The notes: generated by a model from the sequence alone, not told the origin. Positions 45,110 through 55,410 are shown, counted from the first letter of the stretch. The stretch is 64,000 bases of DNA from Verrucomicrobiia bacterium (GCA_035629175.1 DASPIL010000019.1:12427-76426), one strand, 5' to 3'. A program made the numbers and translations.

Positions 45110-46477
45110 ATGCCCCGCTGGACCTCGTGCAACGTGCTGCAGTTCGGGCTGGACTCGCGTCGTATATGGCAATTCGACGGCAGTTCATTCAAGCTCCGCG
45201 GGGATCATGTCGCCCGAGCGGGCGAGCCGCTGCCGCAGGGTCTTGCCACCAAGAGCTGGAGTTCGCTTTACCAGCCGAAATTGAACATCGCGTGGCTGCC
45301 AGCCGAGCATGTTTTCATTCGCGTCGCGCAGTTCCCCCAGGCCACGGCCGAAGAAACGCAGGCGATGGTTGAATTGCAGATGGAACGGCTTTCGCCGATT
45401 CCCGTGACCCAGGCGGTTTGGGCCATGCATCCCGTCGGCACAGTGATCGGAAACATGCAGACGATCATTCTCTTGATCGTTTCGCGAAATGTAGTTGAGG
45501 AATTCCTGGGCCGGCTGGAAGGCGAGGGTTACCTGGCGGACCGATTGGAACTCCCGCTGCTCGACCAGCTTCAGGCCACGGAACCCAAGGATGACGGCGC
45601 GTGGATTTATCCGGAAACGCGCGGGTTGCAGAAGATGGCTGTGGTGGCCTGGTGGTACGGCGGTGTCCTGCGCAACGTTGACCTGATCACCTTCAGGCCA
45701 GGTGCGCAGGGAGCGATCGGCATCAAGGACCAGCTCATGCAAATGGCCTGGGCCGGCGAACTCGACGGCTGGCTGACGGGCGCTCCCAAATGGCATCTGG
45801 TTGCAGATGACCAGACGGGAGCGGAGTGGTTGGAGCCACTGGAGCAAGAACTCGGTGGACCGCTGGAACGTGTCGCACCTCTTCCCGCCGCGGAACTCGC
45901 AGCGCGCGCCGCGCGCCGGGCTGCGGCCTCGGAAGCAAAGACCACGCTGCTGCCTGCAGAATTTGGCACGCGGTACCGCCAGCAATTCGTTGATCGGCTT
46001 TGGATGCGCGGGCTGGGCGCCGTGCTCGCCATCTATGTTCTTGGCCTCATTGTTTATTTCAGCGCAGTCGGATTTGTGCGTTACCAGACGACGAAGGCAG
46101 AGACCTTGTATACGGGGCAGGCGCAATCGTACACGAATGTGATGCGGTTGGATGCGCAGTACAAGGTGTTGAAGCAGCGCCAGGAATTGAAGTATGCCGC
46201 GCTCGATTGCTGGCAGGCCGTTGCCGAGACAATGCCTGCGGGGTTGACCCTGGATGCGCTGAATTTCAGTGGCGGACGGCGCGTGTCGTTAAGTGGAACG
46301 GCCCCGGCCGACCAGGTCGGCGCGGTGATCGACTTCAGCGACAGCCTGCGAAAGTTTGTCGTTCGCGGGCAGCAGTTGTTCGATCAGCAGAAAAATGAGC
46401 CGCCGCACACGCAGGTGATGCCCGGCGGGATTGTTCGCTGGACGTATGATCTCGATCTCAAAAGGACGGGCGAATAA
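45110..46477 (+). CDS. GspL / PilM-PilN-like bitopic assembly protein (tentative)
   Basis: A ~290-aa cytoplasmic part, a basic stretch LLPAEFGTRYRQQFVDRLWMRG, a TM helix LGAVLAIYVLGLIVYFSAVGF, then a ~130-aa periplasmic part. Confidence 0.55.
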   Translation: MPRWTSCNVLQFGLDSRRIWQFDGSSFKLRGDHVARAGEPLPQGLATKSWSSLYQPKLNIAWLPAEHVFIRVAQFPQATAEETQAMVELQMERLSPIPVTQAVWAMHPVGTVIGNMQTIILLIVSRNVVEEFLGRLEGEGYLADRLELPLLDQLQATEPKDDGAWIYPETRGLQKMAVVAWWYGGVLRNVDLITFRPGAQGAIGIKDQLMQMAWAGELDGWLTGAPKWHLVADDQTGAEWLEPLEQELGGPLERVAPLPAAELAARAARRAAASEAKTTLLPAEFGTRYRQQFVDRLWMRGLGAVLAIYVLGLIVYFSAVGFVRYQTTKAETLYTGQAQSYTNVMRLDAQYKVLKQRQELKYAALDCWQAVAETMPAGLTLDALNFSGGRRVSLSGTAPADQVGAVIDFSDSLRKFVVRGQQLFDQQKNEPPHTQVMPGGIVRWTYDLDLKRTGE

Positions 46478-47164
46478 ATGAACGGCTACCTCTCACGCCT
46501 CAATCCCGCGGAACGCCGGTTCGTCATCGTCGTCGGCCTCGTATTCTTTGTTGTGATCAACGTGTTCTGGATCTGGCCACACTTCGGTGACTTGACGATG
46601 TATCGAAGCCGGCTGCAGCAGGCGCGCACGAACTACAACACACGCCAGGGCGTGCTCGCCCAGGAACCGAAGCTGAAGGCGGACATTGCCAAGCTGGCGA
46701 GCGAAGGCGGTTATGTTCCGCCTGAAGACCAGGCGACGCACTTCCTGCGCACGATCCAGGTGCAGGCAGCGCAGAGCGGCGTCGGATTTCAGGGAAGCTC
46801 CCGCACATCGACGAGCACGAACCAATTCTTTTTGGAGCAACTGCAGACGGTGACCCTTATCTCGCGGGAGGAACAGCTCGTGGATTTTCTCTACAATCTG
46901 GGTTCCGGCAACTCGCTGATTCGAGTCCGTGAAATTTCGGTTCGACCGGATCAGCAGCGGCAGAGCCTCAATTCCGTCGTCACCCTCGTGGCGAGCTATC
47001 AAAAGACAACCCGCGCCCCGGCCGCCGCACGGCCTGCATCCACAGCGGTCAGGCCGCCCGCGACATCCGGAGCGCCACCGGCCAGGACCCCTGGACCGCC
47101 CACGACACCGGGCCCGCGGCCAGCGGCTCCGCGACCTTCTTCCACGACCCCCAGCAACAAATGA
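46478..47164 (+). CDS. GspM / PilO-like bitopic protein with a Pro-rich tail (tentative)
   Basis: Short cytoplasmic N-terminus, TM helix FVIVVGLVFFVVINVFWIW, coiled segment, ferredoxin-like part, P/A/T-rich C-terminus. TAAATG junction with the previous gene. Confidence 0.5.
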   Translation: MNGYLSRLNPAERRFVIVVGLVFFVVINVFWIWPHFGDLTMYRSRLQQARTNYNTRQGVLAQEPKLKADIAKLASEGGYVPPEDQATHFLRTIQVQAAQSGVGFQGSSRTSTSTNQFFLEQLQTVTLISREEQLVDFLYNLGSGNSLIRVREISVRPDQQRQSLNSVVTLVASYQKTTRAPAAARPASTAVRPPATSGAPPARTPGPPTTPGPRPAAPRPSSTTPSNK

Positions 47165-49395
47165 AAACCATTGTTCCGATTTTTCTCCTGGTATTTGTCG
47201 TCTCCTGCATTCAAAGCACGCGCAAGGCGGAACCCGCCGCAACAGTTGCCGTGGAAGAGCCCACGTTCCAGGAGTCCGCCGCCGTTGAGCCTGTGGCCGC
47301 GCCCGCGTTGATTGACACGCCGCCCATTACGGCACCGCCTGCAATCGAGGTTCCCGCAGAAACTCCAGTAACTGAGGAGCCGCAGGCGGAAGTCGTACCG
47401 CCAGGCAGCACGGCCGCGCAGGTGGCTCCACCGGCGGGGAGGGTTCCCGGCGCGGCACCCGCTGCCACCGCCGCGGAAGGCGCTCCCCCCGCAGCCGGTG
47501 AGACGCTTTCCGACCCCGAACAAATCATTCCCGCGGGCATGATTGATTTCAGGAATACTCCGCTGGAACAGGTTTTGACTGTGTATTCAGAACTGGTCAA
47601 TCGCACGCTGCTCCGTCCTTCCACGCTCCCGGCATCACAAATCACACTGACAACGCGAACAGCTTTGACGAAACGCGAAGCCGTGCAGGCGCTGGACAGC
47701 GTGCTCGGCCTCAACGGAATTGCGATGATCAACGTGGATGAAAAATTCGTGAAGGCGGTCGCGCAACCACAGGCCGTGCAGGAAGCCGCGCCGCCCGACA
47801 CGCGCCGCGCAGCGGAGTTGCCTGAGTTCGGGCCGGTCCTCACGCACGTGGTCCAATTGAAGTACACGAAACCGGCGGAGGTCGTTCCCGCGTTGCAGCC
47901 CTTCGCGAAATTGAACTCCATCCTTCCCGTTGAAAGCACACAGATCCTCGTCCTGCGCGATTACACCGAAAATATCAAGCGCATGCTCGAAATGATCGAG
48001 CGGATCGATATCGTCGTGCCGGGAGAATTCGTGTCCGAAGTGATTCCCATCAAGTACGCCAAGGCAGCGGAAATTGCTGATGCATTGAACAGCCTGAGCG
48101 GCAGCGGCGGCGGCAGCACAAGCATTGGCCGCAGTACCGGAAGCACGCGGCCCGCAGTTGGCAACACCTCTGGCGGACTCAACCGCCCTGGCGGACTCGG
48201 TGGCGTCGGCGGCTACAACCAGGCAAATCCTATGCAGTCGGGTGGGATCGGCGGGATTGGCGGAGCCGCGGGATCAGCGCCCGGAAGCAGCTTCACCGAT
48301 CGCCTGCGCAACATCGTGCAGCGCGCGGCGGCGTCGGGCGACCTCGAGATCCTTGGGAAGACGAAGATGATTGCCGATGAACGCAGCAACTCACTCCTGA
48401 TCTTCGCGTCACGCGCTGACATGGACATGATCAAGACGGTCGTGGCAAAGCTCGACGTCGTGCTTTCGCAGGTGTTGATCGAAACGGTGATCATGGATGT
48501 GAACATGGGCAATACGCTGAATTACGGCGTGACAGCAGGGCAGCATCCGAAGACGAATGCGCTGGGAACCATCGGTGGCGTTTACAACAACGGCGGCTCG
48601 CTGGGAACGCTTGCGAATTTCTTTGGCGGGGTTTCGACCAACGGCGGAGGGAGTGCCTTTCCTCAATCTTCGGGCCTCACCTACATGGGCCGTTACAAAG
48701 GCGACCTGGACGTGGTGGTGACCGCTGCGGCGACGGATTCGCGCATCAACGTCGTCCAAAAACCGCGCATCCTGACATCGCATGCCACACCCGGCTCGAT
48801 CTTTGTCGGAAGCACCGTTCCTTACGTGACCAGTACTTACTACGGCGGCGGTTTCGGCGGCGGCCCGAGCTCGTCCTACCAGCAATTGCAGGTCGGCATC
48901 GGGCTCACCGTTACGCCTTACATCAATCCTGAGGGATTGGTGGTGATGCAGATCGATGAAACCATCGACGAAGTGAGTGGCTCGATTCCGATTACCGGCG
49001 TCGGCGAAGTTCCCACCACCACGAGCCGCAAGCTTTCGGCCGAAGTGGCTGTGAACGATGGCGACACCATTCTTCTCGGCGGCTTCATTCGCAATTCATC
49101 CAACAAAAGCGATTCGGGCGTGCCTTTGTTGAAGGACATTCCGTTGTTAGGCGCGTTGTTCAGCAGCAAAAACAACTCGAAGGCGCGCAACGAGTTGCTC
49201 GTCTTGATGCGGCCTACCGTGCTGAAGACTCCTGAAATTGCGGCAATGGCAACCGTCCAGGAAAAGAAGAGCATGCCTGGCATCAGCAATGCCGAGGCCG
49301 AAGTGCAGGAGATCGAGCGCCTAGAGTTGGAGAAGGAAGAAAAGCGCGCTGCCGCCCGGCGCCGGGCCGCAGAGCAGCGGCAGAACCAGCGCTGA
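47161..49395 (+). CDS. secretin (GspD/PilQ family)
   Basis: N0-like [24 protein letters not shown], secretin core ...[15 protein letters not shown]...[15 protein letters not shown] overlap with the upstream gene. Confidence 0.9.
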   Translation: MKTIVPIFLLVFVVSCIQSTRKAEPAATVAVEEPTFQESAAVEPVAAPALIDTPPITAPPAIEVPAETPVTEEPQAEVVPPGSTAAQVAPPAGRVPGAAPAATAAEGAPPAAGETLSDPEQIIPAGMIDFRNTPLEQVLTVYSELVNRTLLRPSTLPASQITLTTRTALTKREAVQALDSVLGLNGIAMINVDEKFVKAVAQPQAVQEAAPPDTRRAAELPEFGPVLTHVVQLKYTKPAEVVPALQPFAKLNSILPVESTQILVLRDYTENIKRMLEMIERIDIVVPGEFVSEVIPIKYAKAAEIADALNSLSGSGGGSTSIGRSTGSTRPAVGNTSGGLNRPGGLGGVGGYNQANPMQSGGIGGIGGAAGSAPGSSFTDRLRNIVQRAAASGDLEILGKTKMIADERSNSLLIFASRADMDMIKTVVAKLDVVLSQVLIETVIMDVNMGNTLNYGVTAGQHPKTNALGTIGGVYNNGGSLGTLANFFGGVSTNGGGSAFPQSSGLTYMGRYKGDLDVVVTAAATDSRINVVQKPRILTSHATPGSIFVGSTVPYVTSTYYGGGFGGGPSSSYQQLQVGIGLTVTPYINPEGLVVMQIDETIDEVSGSIPITGVGEVPTTTSRKLSAEVAVNDGDTILLGGFIRNSSNKSDSGVPLLKDIPLLGALFSSKNNSKARNELLVLMRPTVLKTPEIAAMATVQEKKSMPGISNAEAEVQEIERLELEKEEKRAAARRRAAEQRQNQR

Positions 49396-49486
49396 TTGCG
49401 CGATTGCAGTCGGCAGGTTCCAAAACCTGCCCGGCGCAGCCTGGCAACCGTTACGAATCAGCACCGCAGTCCAACGCGGCACAACG

Positions 49487-49942
49487 ATGAACGCACGATA
49501 TTTTGAAGACTATCAGCTCGATTCGACCCGCGACACCACGGGCCGCACGATCACTGAGGCCGACATCGTTTTGCACGCTGGGCAGACGGGGGATTTTTAC
49601 CCGCACCACATGGACGCCGAATGGTGCCGCACGCAGCCTTTCGGCCAGAGGATCGCGCACGGCACATTGATCTTCAGCGTTGCCGTCGGAATGACTGCCG
49701 GTGAGATCAATCCGGTGGCGTTCAGTTACGGATACGATCGGCTGCGCTTTATCAAACCAGTTTTCATTGGCGACACGATTCATTCGCGGGTGACGATTCG
49801 TGAGAAGCGCGAACACAAGAAGCCGGAGTTTGGGATCGTGGTTGAAGCTCTAGAGGTGCTGAACCAGCGGGGGGAGACAGTTCTTGCCTGTGAGCATCTC
49901 CTGATGGTGGAGCGAGCCAGCCGCGCTGAAAAACCGGCCTGA
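49487..49942 (+). CDS. MaoC-like (R)-hydratase/dehydratase
   Basis: Hot-dog fold pattern: [18 protein letters not shown]...[14 protein letters not shown]. Confidence 0.85.
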   Translation: MNARYFEDYQLDSTRDTTGRTITEADIVLHAGQTGDFYPHHMDAEWCRTQPFGQRIAHGTLIFSVAVGMTAGEINPVAFSYGYDRLRFIKPVFIGDTIHSRVTIREKREHKKPEFGIVVEALEVLNQRGETVLACEHLLMVERASRAEKPA

Positions 49943-50084
49943 CCGCTCGTGCCCTTTGCGGCGCGGAACCGTTCGAACAGAAGGATTGAGACGGGCGGGT
50001 CATAACCACGAACCAGAAAGCGCGGCAGAGCCACAACCCAAACCGAAGGGGGAAAACGGGTTTACGCGAATTGCGCTAATTCTC

Positions 50085-50204
50085 ACGAATTGAAGAGGGG
50101 GTTTAACCACGGATGGACGTGGATGAACACGGATTCGGAAACAGCCTCGTCTGCCTTTTCTCTGCTACCTCTGCGAGCTCCTGTTCGATGTTTTCCCGTG
50201 AGGC
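50085..50204 (+). repeat. dispersed intergenic repeat, family 1, copy b
   Basis: About 85 percent identical by hand alignment to 58046-58167 over ~105 nt. Core ttaaccac...cggaaacagcctc.tctgcc.ttt..ctgct.cctctgcg..ctcctgttc.atgttttcccgtgaggcg. Confidence 0.8.
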
Positions 50205-50515
50205 GGACGTGTCGAATGGTTCTGCGCTCGGGATGAATCGTAGGAGCTGCGCAGTCCTTGTCGGTTGAGCGCAAACGGCCAAGTCAACAGGCACCGGCAT
50301 TGTGCAGTGACGCTCTGGGCCTTTCCCCCTGGGGCGGGAGGCAGGAGAACCAAAACGGAGAATTTGAAGCCAATGGCTTTTACTTGTTGACCTGGCGCCA
50401 TGATTGGCGGCAAAAGTTGTTACCGCATTGTAACGGTCCATTCACACGGCCGTCACGAAAACTGGCCAGCTTCGGTTCGATGCAAGAAGTGAACGATCAA
50501 CGCCCGGAGCAACCC

Positions 50516-51337
50516 ATGAGTTTCGAAGAACGGAAATCCGCCCTACGCGTTCGTGCCTCGGTCGGCAACCCCCACGGAGCTTTCACGCTGATTGAATTGC
50601 TGGTGGTGATTGCCATCATCGCGATCCTCGCTGCCATGCTGCTGCCGGCGTTGGGGAAGGCGAAGGCCAAGGCGCAGGGCATTTCGTGCATGAATAACCA
50701 TCGCCAGTTGATGCTGGCCTGGCGCATGTACGCCGAGGACAACAAGGACCAGCTGACCTTTTCGTTCGGCGGCAATACAACGAATGAGCTCACTCAGTAT
50801 ACCTGGGTGCAGGGGCACATGGTGGATGATCCTGGGAATACCACGTATTTCGACGTCACCCCGCTGGCGCCGTATCTCGGCCGAAGTCATCGCGTCTGGA
50901 AATGTCCCGGTGACATGACGGCCAAGGTGCGCAGCATGTCAATGAATTATCTCGTGGGCGGAAATGGTGTGACCGCGCCCAACTATTACGGCATGTGGAG
51001 CGGGTTCCATCAGGATTTCCAGGTGTTCAGAAAACTCAGCAGCATGCGCAATCCTGCGATGACGTGGGTCATCATGGATGAACGTCCTGCCAGGATTAAT
51101 GATGCCTACTTTGTCGTCGATCTGGCGAATTTCGATAATCCGCGCGGCATGGAAATCATCGATCATCCCGGCATTCAGCATATGAATTCCTCTGGCCTTT
51201 CGTTTGCTGATGGCCACGCGGAAATCAAGCGTTGGAGGGATGCCCCATTCCTTACAGCGAATCCGACAGGACGTGTGCCTGCCAATAACAGCGCCGACCT
51301 GCGCTGGCTCATGGAACGCACCTCGCAGAAAAAATAA
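50516..51337 (+). CDS. prepilin-type N-terminal cleavage/methylation domain protein with an H-X9-DG motif
   Basis: [27 protein letters not shown]-terminal [13 protein letters not shown]. Start uncertain (50480 or 50516). Confidence 0.85.
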   Translation: MSFEERKSALRVRASVGNPHGAFTLIELLVVIAIIAILAAMLLPALGKAKAKAQGISCMNNHRQLMLAWRMYAEDNKDQLTFSFGGNTTNELTQYTWVQGHMVDDPGNTTYFDVTPLAPYLGRSHRVWKCPGDMTAKVRSMSMNYLVGGNGVTAPNYYGMWSGFHQDFQVFRKLSSMRNPAMTWVIMDERPARINDAYFVVDLANFDNPRGMEIIDHPGIQHMNSSGLSFADGHAEIKRWRDAPFLTANPTGRVPANNSADLRWLMERTSQKK

Positions 51338-51374
51338 TTCCCGCGTACTTAATCCCCAAACCCAAAACCTGCCT

Positions 51375-54300
51375 ATGAAGACGCACAAAAAAAGACCCAT
51401 CCTGCTGGCCATTCTCAGCGCCCTGGCGGTTCTCGCCAGTCACACTGCGCCAGGTGAAGAACTGTTCCATTTCAAGTTCGATGAAGGTTCGGGGGGCAAG
51501 GTCGCAAACACCGCGGGAACGCTTGCTGGATTTCTTGGAACGCAACAGGTCGATCCCGACAGAGATACCGTCGCGGTGGAAACTGACTCGCCTTCAGGCG
51601 TCCCCGGCGACGGTTCGTTCTCGAATCTTGGGAACGGCTTTCTGATTGGCGATGATCCCACCCGCGTGCTCGACATCACGAATGGCCCGATAACGCTGGA
51701 AGCGTGGGTGAAAATCAACGGCGCCTTTGCGAAGCCAAACGAAGGCATCATCGCTTACGGCAACTCCTACAAGATGGGACTGAAATCCGGCCGTTTGGTT
51801 TTCACTCTCTTTGGCCAGCGTGACGTCACAAATACCGTCGCCGGCGGAATCCCCGCCGATCAATGGGTTCACCTGGCAGCGGCTTGGACGCCGGGTGTGG
51901 GCGTGGATTTCTACGTGAACGGAGCCCACAATTTTGTGGAGGTCACCAATCTTCGGGCACGTCCGATCAGTCACACCCTTTTGAGCCTCGGCTCGGAAGG
52001 CGTGAACAACGCCTTGGTGGGATCCTTCGATCGAATGCGGATTCATAACGCGGTGCTCGCCGCTGGTGAACTGGATTCCACAGCCGCCACGGTGGCTCCC
52101 ACTCTTGGCAGCACGATCGTCAGCTATAATTTCAATGAGGGATCATTTCCGGCCACGAATTCCCTCGTGCCCGCGCTGCCCGCGGAAAGCGCCGCCGAGC
52201 TTCTCGCCACCATGACAGGCCGTCCGTTTTGGACCGAGGGCGTGACCGGTCTGCCGGGCGACACTGCCTTGGAGTTCTTCGGCACGAACCGGGTTACCAT
52301 TGCGGATCCGACGCCACTGATTGTCACGAATGCTTCAAACGGCGACTACACGCTGGAAGCGTGGGCCAAGCTGCCGGTGGACTATGCGCCATCCGCTCGC
52401 GGCATCATGTTTCAATACACGGGCATCCCCGGTTTTGCTTTCGCGATCAACAACAACCGCACGCTGCACACGACGGCTTTTGGCAAAATCGATCGCACTT
52501 CCACGGCCGCAGTGCCGAATGACGGGGAATGGCATCATCTCGCCGTGGTTCATCGGGACGGAGCCGCCTTCGAGTTCTACATCGACGGCGCTTTGATCGA
52601 AACCATCGCCTACACCGCGGGCGTGGGAGTCAACCAGACGGCCAAGACCATCACCGTGGGAATGGCGGCGTCGGGTGCAAATCCGTTCACGGGAACGCTC
52701 GATCGCATCCGCTTCAGCAATGCGGCCCTCGCGCAAAGCGAATTCGATTTTCCACAGACTGCAGGCGCACCCTTCTTCGGAACTCAGCCGGAGGATCAGA
52801 CGGTTGTGATCACGAGCAACGCGACCTTCACCGCGACCGCCTTCGGAATTGAGCCGTTGAGTTTTCAATGGCAGTTCAGCCAAACTGGGAATCCCGGCAC
52901 TTCGGTAAATCTGGCCGGTGAGACGGGCGCCACGCTGGAATTGGCCAATGTGGGAAGCGGTGATGCGGGTTTCTATTCGCTAATTGCGGAAAATACGTCT
53001 GGCGTTGTGACTTCCCGGCTCGCGCGATTGATTGTGAGCACGGGACCGGTGATTCAGACCCAGCCAACGAACCTGGTCCGCGTGGTGAGCGATTCCGCAG
53101 TGTTCAATGTTGCGGCAGTCCCCGCGCCCGGCTTCGAAAATGTCACCTATCGCTGGCAGTATGGCGGCACGGGAAATTCGGAACCGAAGTCGGAAATTCC
53201 CGAGGCGAATCAACCGACGCTGGTTTTGAACAACCTGCAACTAACGAACCAGGGCTTCTATTCGGTGATCGTCAGCAATTCCGGTGGCTTGATCGAATCG
53301 GAGACTGTGAGGTTGACGGTCACTGCGCCCGGAACGCTTCAACAAATGTGGCAGATACTTCCCGGTGAGCGGCCGTACGTTACAGAATACAATGCCACCG
53401 CCAATCTTCGGGATCTCGAGCGTGGCATGGCTTACAACCCGGTGACGGATCATTTGCTGATTGCCGCCCGCTGGACGAGCCCGAACGTGAAAGGCATCTT
53501 AATCGTCGATGCTGACACGGGCGCGCACATCGGGGAATTGAATGGCGTTTCAAACATTGTCACGGGCGGCACCATCGTGCTGACCCGGATTGATACTTCT
53601 GACGACGGGGCCATCTACGCGTGTAACTTCGGCACCTTGAGCGATGCGAATCCTTTGAAGATTTATCGCTGGGCGAATGAAACGGCGGAGCCGACGATCG
53701 CGTATCAGGGGAATCCGGTGGCGGGTACCGGTTTGCCCAATCAACAGTGGGGCAAGAACATGTCCGTTCGCGGCTCAGGCGCGAACACGCGAATTCTCAT
53801 GGACAACCGGAATTTCCTGGCGGTCTTCACAACCGAGGACGGCGAGACATTCACCCCCACATTCCTCTTGCCGGAAGGTGAGGCGGATGACTGGAACCGC
53901 TCGCTGGTTTGGGGCGAAGACGGCACAAACTTTTGGGGAAAATCCAATGGGCGCCCGCTTAACCAGTGGGCATATCAGGCCGGATCGACAAACGCTCCGT
54001 TAATCCGCACCTACTCTGGCAATCCTGGCGGAGCGATTGAGCAAATCGGCTTCGATGAAACCTATGATCATTTCGCGGGTTTCACAGTTCAGTCGGGTCC
54101 GGATCAAGTTGAGTTGTATGACATATCAGACCTAATTCGCGGGCCGATGCTCGTTGATGTCTCTCCGTTTGCTTCCGACAATCCTCAAACCGTCGGATAC
54201 GGAAACGTGCTCATCAGCCGCAATCGCGTGTTTGTTCTGAATCCAAACAACGGTGTGCTGGCCTTGACCTACGCCCCGCGGCTCAGCATTCGTTCTGAGG

Positions 54301-54485
54301 GTGCAAACGTGATCGTTTCCTGGCCCAGGACGCTGCCTGATTATGCCAATTACACGTTGAAAGTCGCGGATACCGTGTTGCTCGCCGACGCTGAAACCGT
54401 TGCGCATTCGGCCGGTGCCGAGAGTTACCATGCCACCGTGCAGGCTGGTGAATCTCAACGTTTCTTTTTCCTGACCAAGGAATAG
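51375..54485 (+). CDS. large secreted protein: 2 LamG-like domains, 2 Ig-like domains, ~400-aa C-terminal region
   Basis: Signal peptide. FHFKFDEGSG...LEAWVKI...FDRMRIHN and LEAWAKL...LDRIRFSN (LamG_3 pattern). Ig-like QPEDQTV...AGFYSLIAEN and QPTNLVR...QGFYSVIVSN. Confidence 0.8.
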   Translation: MKTHKKRPILLAILSALAVLASHTAPGEELFHFKFDEGSGGKVANTAGTLAGFLGTQQVDPDRDTVAVETDSPSGVPGDGSFSNLGNGFLIGDDPTRVLDITNGPITLEAWVKINGAFAKPNEGIIAYGNSYKMGLKSGRLVFTLFGQRDVTNTVAGGIPADQWVHLAAAWTPGVGVDFYVNGAHNFVEVTNLRARPISHTLLSLGSEGVNNALVGSFDRMRIHNAVLAAGELDSTAATVAPTLGSTIVSYNFNEGSFPATNSLVPALPAESAAELLATMTGRPFWTEGVTGLPGDTALEFFGTNRVTIADPTPLIVTNASNGDYTLEAWAKLPVDYAPSARGIMFQYTGIPGFAFAINNNRTLHTTAFGKIDRTSTAAVPNDGEWHHLAVVHRDGAAFEFYIDGALIETIAYTAGVGVNQTAKTITVGMAASGANPFTGTLDRIRFSNAALAQSEFDFPQTAGAPFFGTQPEDQTVVITSNATFTATAFGIEPLSFQWQFSQTGNPGTSVNLAGETGATLELANVGSGDAGFYSLIAENTSGVVTSRLARLIVSTGPVIQTQPTNLVRVVSDSAVFNVAAVPAPGFENVTYRWQYGGTGNSEPKSEIPEANQPTLVLNNLQLTNQGFYSVIVSNSGGLIESETVRLTVTAPGTLQQMWQILPGERPYVTEYNATANLRDLERGMAYNPVTDHLLIAARWTSPNVKGILIVDADTGAHIGELNGVSNIVTGGTIVLTRIDTSDDGAIYACNFGTLSDANPLKIYRWANETAEPTIAYQGNPVAGTGLPNQQWGKNMSVRGSGANTRILMDNRNFLAVFTTEDGETFTPTFLLPEGEADDWNRSLVWGEDGTNFWGKSNGRPLNQWAYQAGSTNAPLIRTYSGNPGGAIEQIGFDETYDHFAGFTVQSGPDQVELYDISDLIRGPMLVDVSPFASDNPQTVGYGNVLISRNRVFVLNPNNGVLALTYAPRLSIRSEGANVIVSWPRTLPDYANYTLKVADTVLLADAETVAHSAGAESYHATVQAGESQRFFFLTKE

Positions 54486-54576
54486 GAGTTTCGATCGCGG
54501 AATAAGCCGGGAAGCAGAGTCGCCTCTGCTTCCCGGATACTTTTGAGGTCCTTTGTGCCTGCCCGTCGTCATTAAA

Positions 54577-55410
54577 ATGCCGCCTATGTTTAACCGCTTA
54601 GCGTTGATTGCAGCGACGCTGCTTTTCGCCATCGGCTCATCAAGCTGTTCACATCGTCCAAAAACGACGGCGCCGTTCACCTTCCGGGTGATGACGTATA
54701 ACATCCATCACGGCGAAGGGATGGACGGCCGGATCGATTTGCGGCGCATCGCGAATGTGATTCTTGAAGCGCGAGCGGATATCGTTGCTCTGCAGGAAGT
54801 CGACAAGGGTGTGGAACGAACGGGGAAAAGGGATCTTCCATCAGAACTGGCGGCACTCACTGGGATGACGTGCGTGTTCTCGAATAATCATCCATTTCAA
54901 GGTGGCGAATATGGCAATGCTGTGCTGACGCGATTTCCGGTCAAGCGGGCAGGCAATCATCATTTCAAGATGCTGCAGGCGAAGGAGCAGCGCGGGCTGC
55001 AGGAATTGGTCCTGGATGTCGACGGGCGCAGGCTGGCCTTTCTCAACACCCATTTACACGCGGGCCAGCCGGAAACGGAACGATGGTCGAGCGTTCAGGA
55101 AATCGAGCAGAAATTGAAGGATTACGGGCAGCTTGCCCTTCTGCTGTGCGGCGACATGAATGCTGTGCCGGACAGCAGGGTGATCGCCCGCCTGGCTGGA
55201 ATTCTGGATGACACGTGGCTGCTGGCTGGTGAAGGCGATGGATTCACGGTGCCATCAACGGGAGCGCGCCGGCGCATCGATTACATCTTGAAATCGAGAT
55301 ATCCCAAACTGAGACCGCTAAAGGCCTGGGTCACGCAGACCGAGGCATCGGATCACCTGCCGCTGACAGTAGAATTTGAATGGCGACGGGATTCCAGCGA
55401 GGTCAAATAA
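54577..55410 (+). CDS. endonuclease/exonuclease/phosphatase (EEP) family protein, lipoprotein-like
   Basis: LFAIGSSSC lipobox-like, VMTYNIHHGEG, ALQEVD, SDHLPL. Confidence 0.85.
   Translation: MPPMFNRLALIAATLLFAIGSSSCSHRPKTTAPFTFRVMTYNIHHGEGMDGRIDLRRIANVILEARADIVALQEVDKGVERTGKRDLPSELAALTGMTCVFSNNHPFQGGEYGNAVLTRFPVKRAGNHHFKMLQAKEQRGLQELVLDVDGRRLAFLNTHLHAGQPETERWSSVQEIEQKLKDYGQLALLLCGDMNAVPDSRVIARLAGILDDTWLLAGEGDGFTVPSTGARRRIDYILKSRYPKLRPLKAWVTQTEASDHLPLTVEFEWRRDSSEVK

Noticed and set aside
49412-49431. Perfect 8-bp hairpin ggcaggtt-ccaa-aacctgcc, 17 nt after the secretin stop (possible terminator).
   Set aside because: It has no U-tract and the stem is short. This is plausible but not supportable as a terminator from sequence alone.
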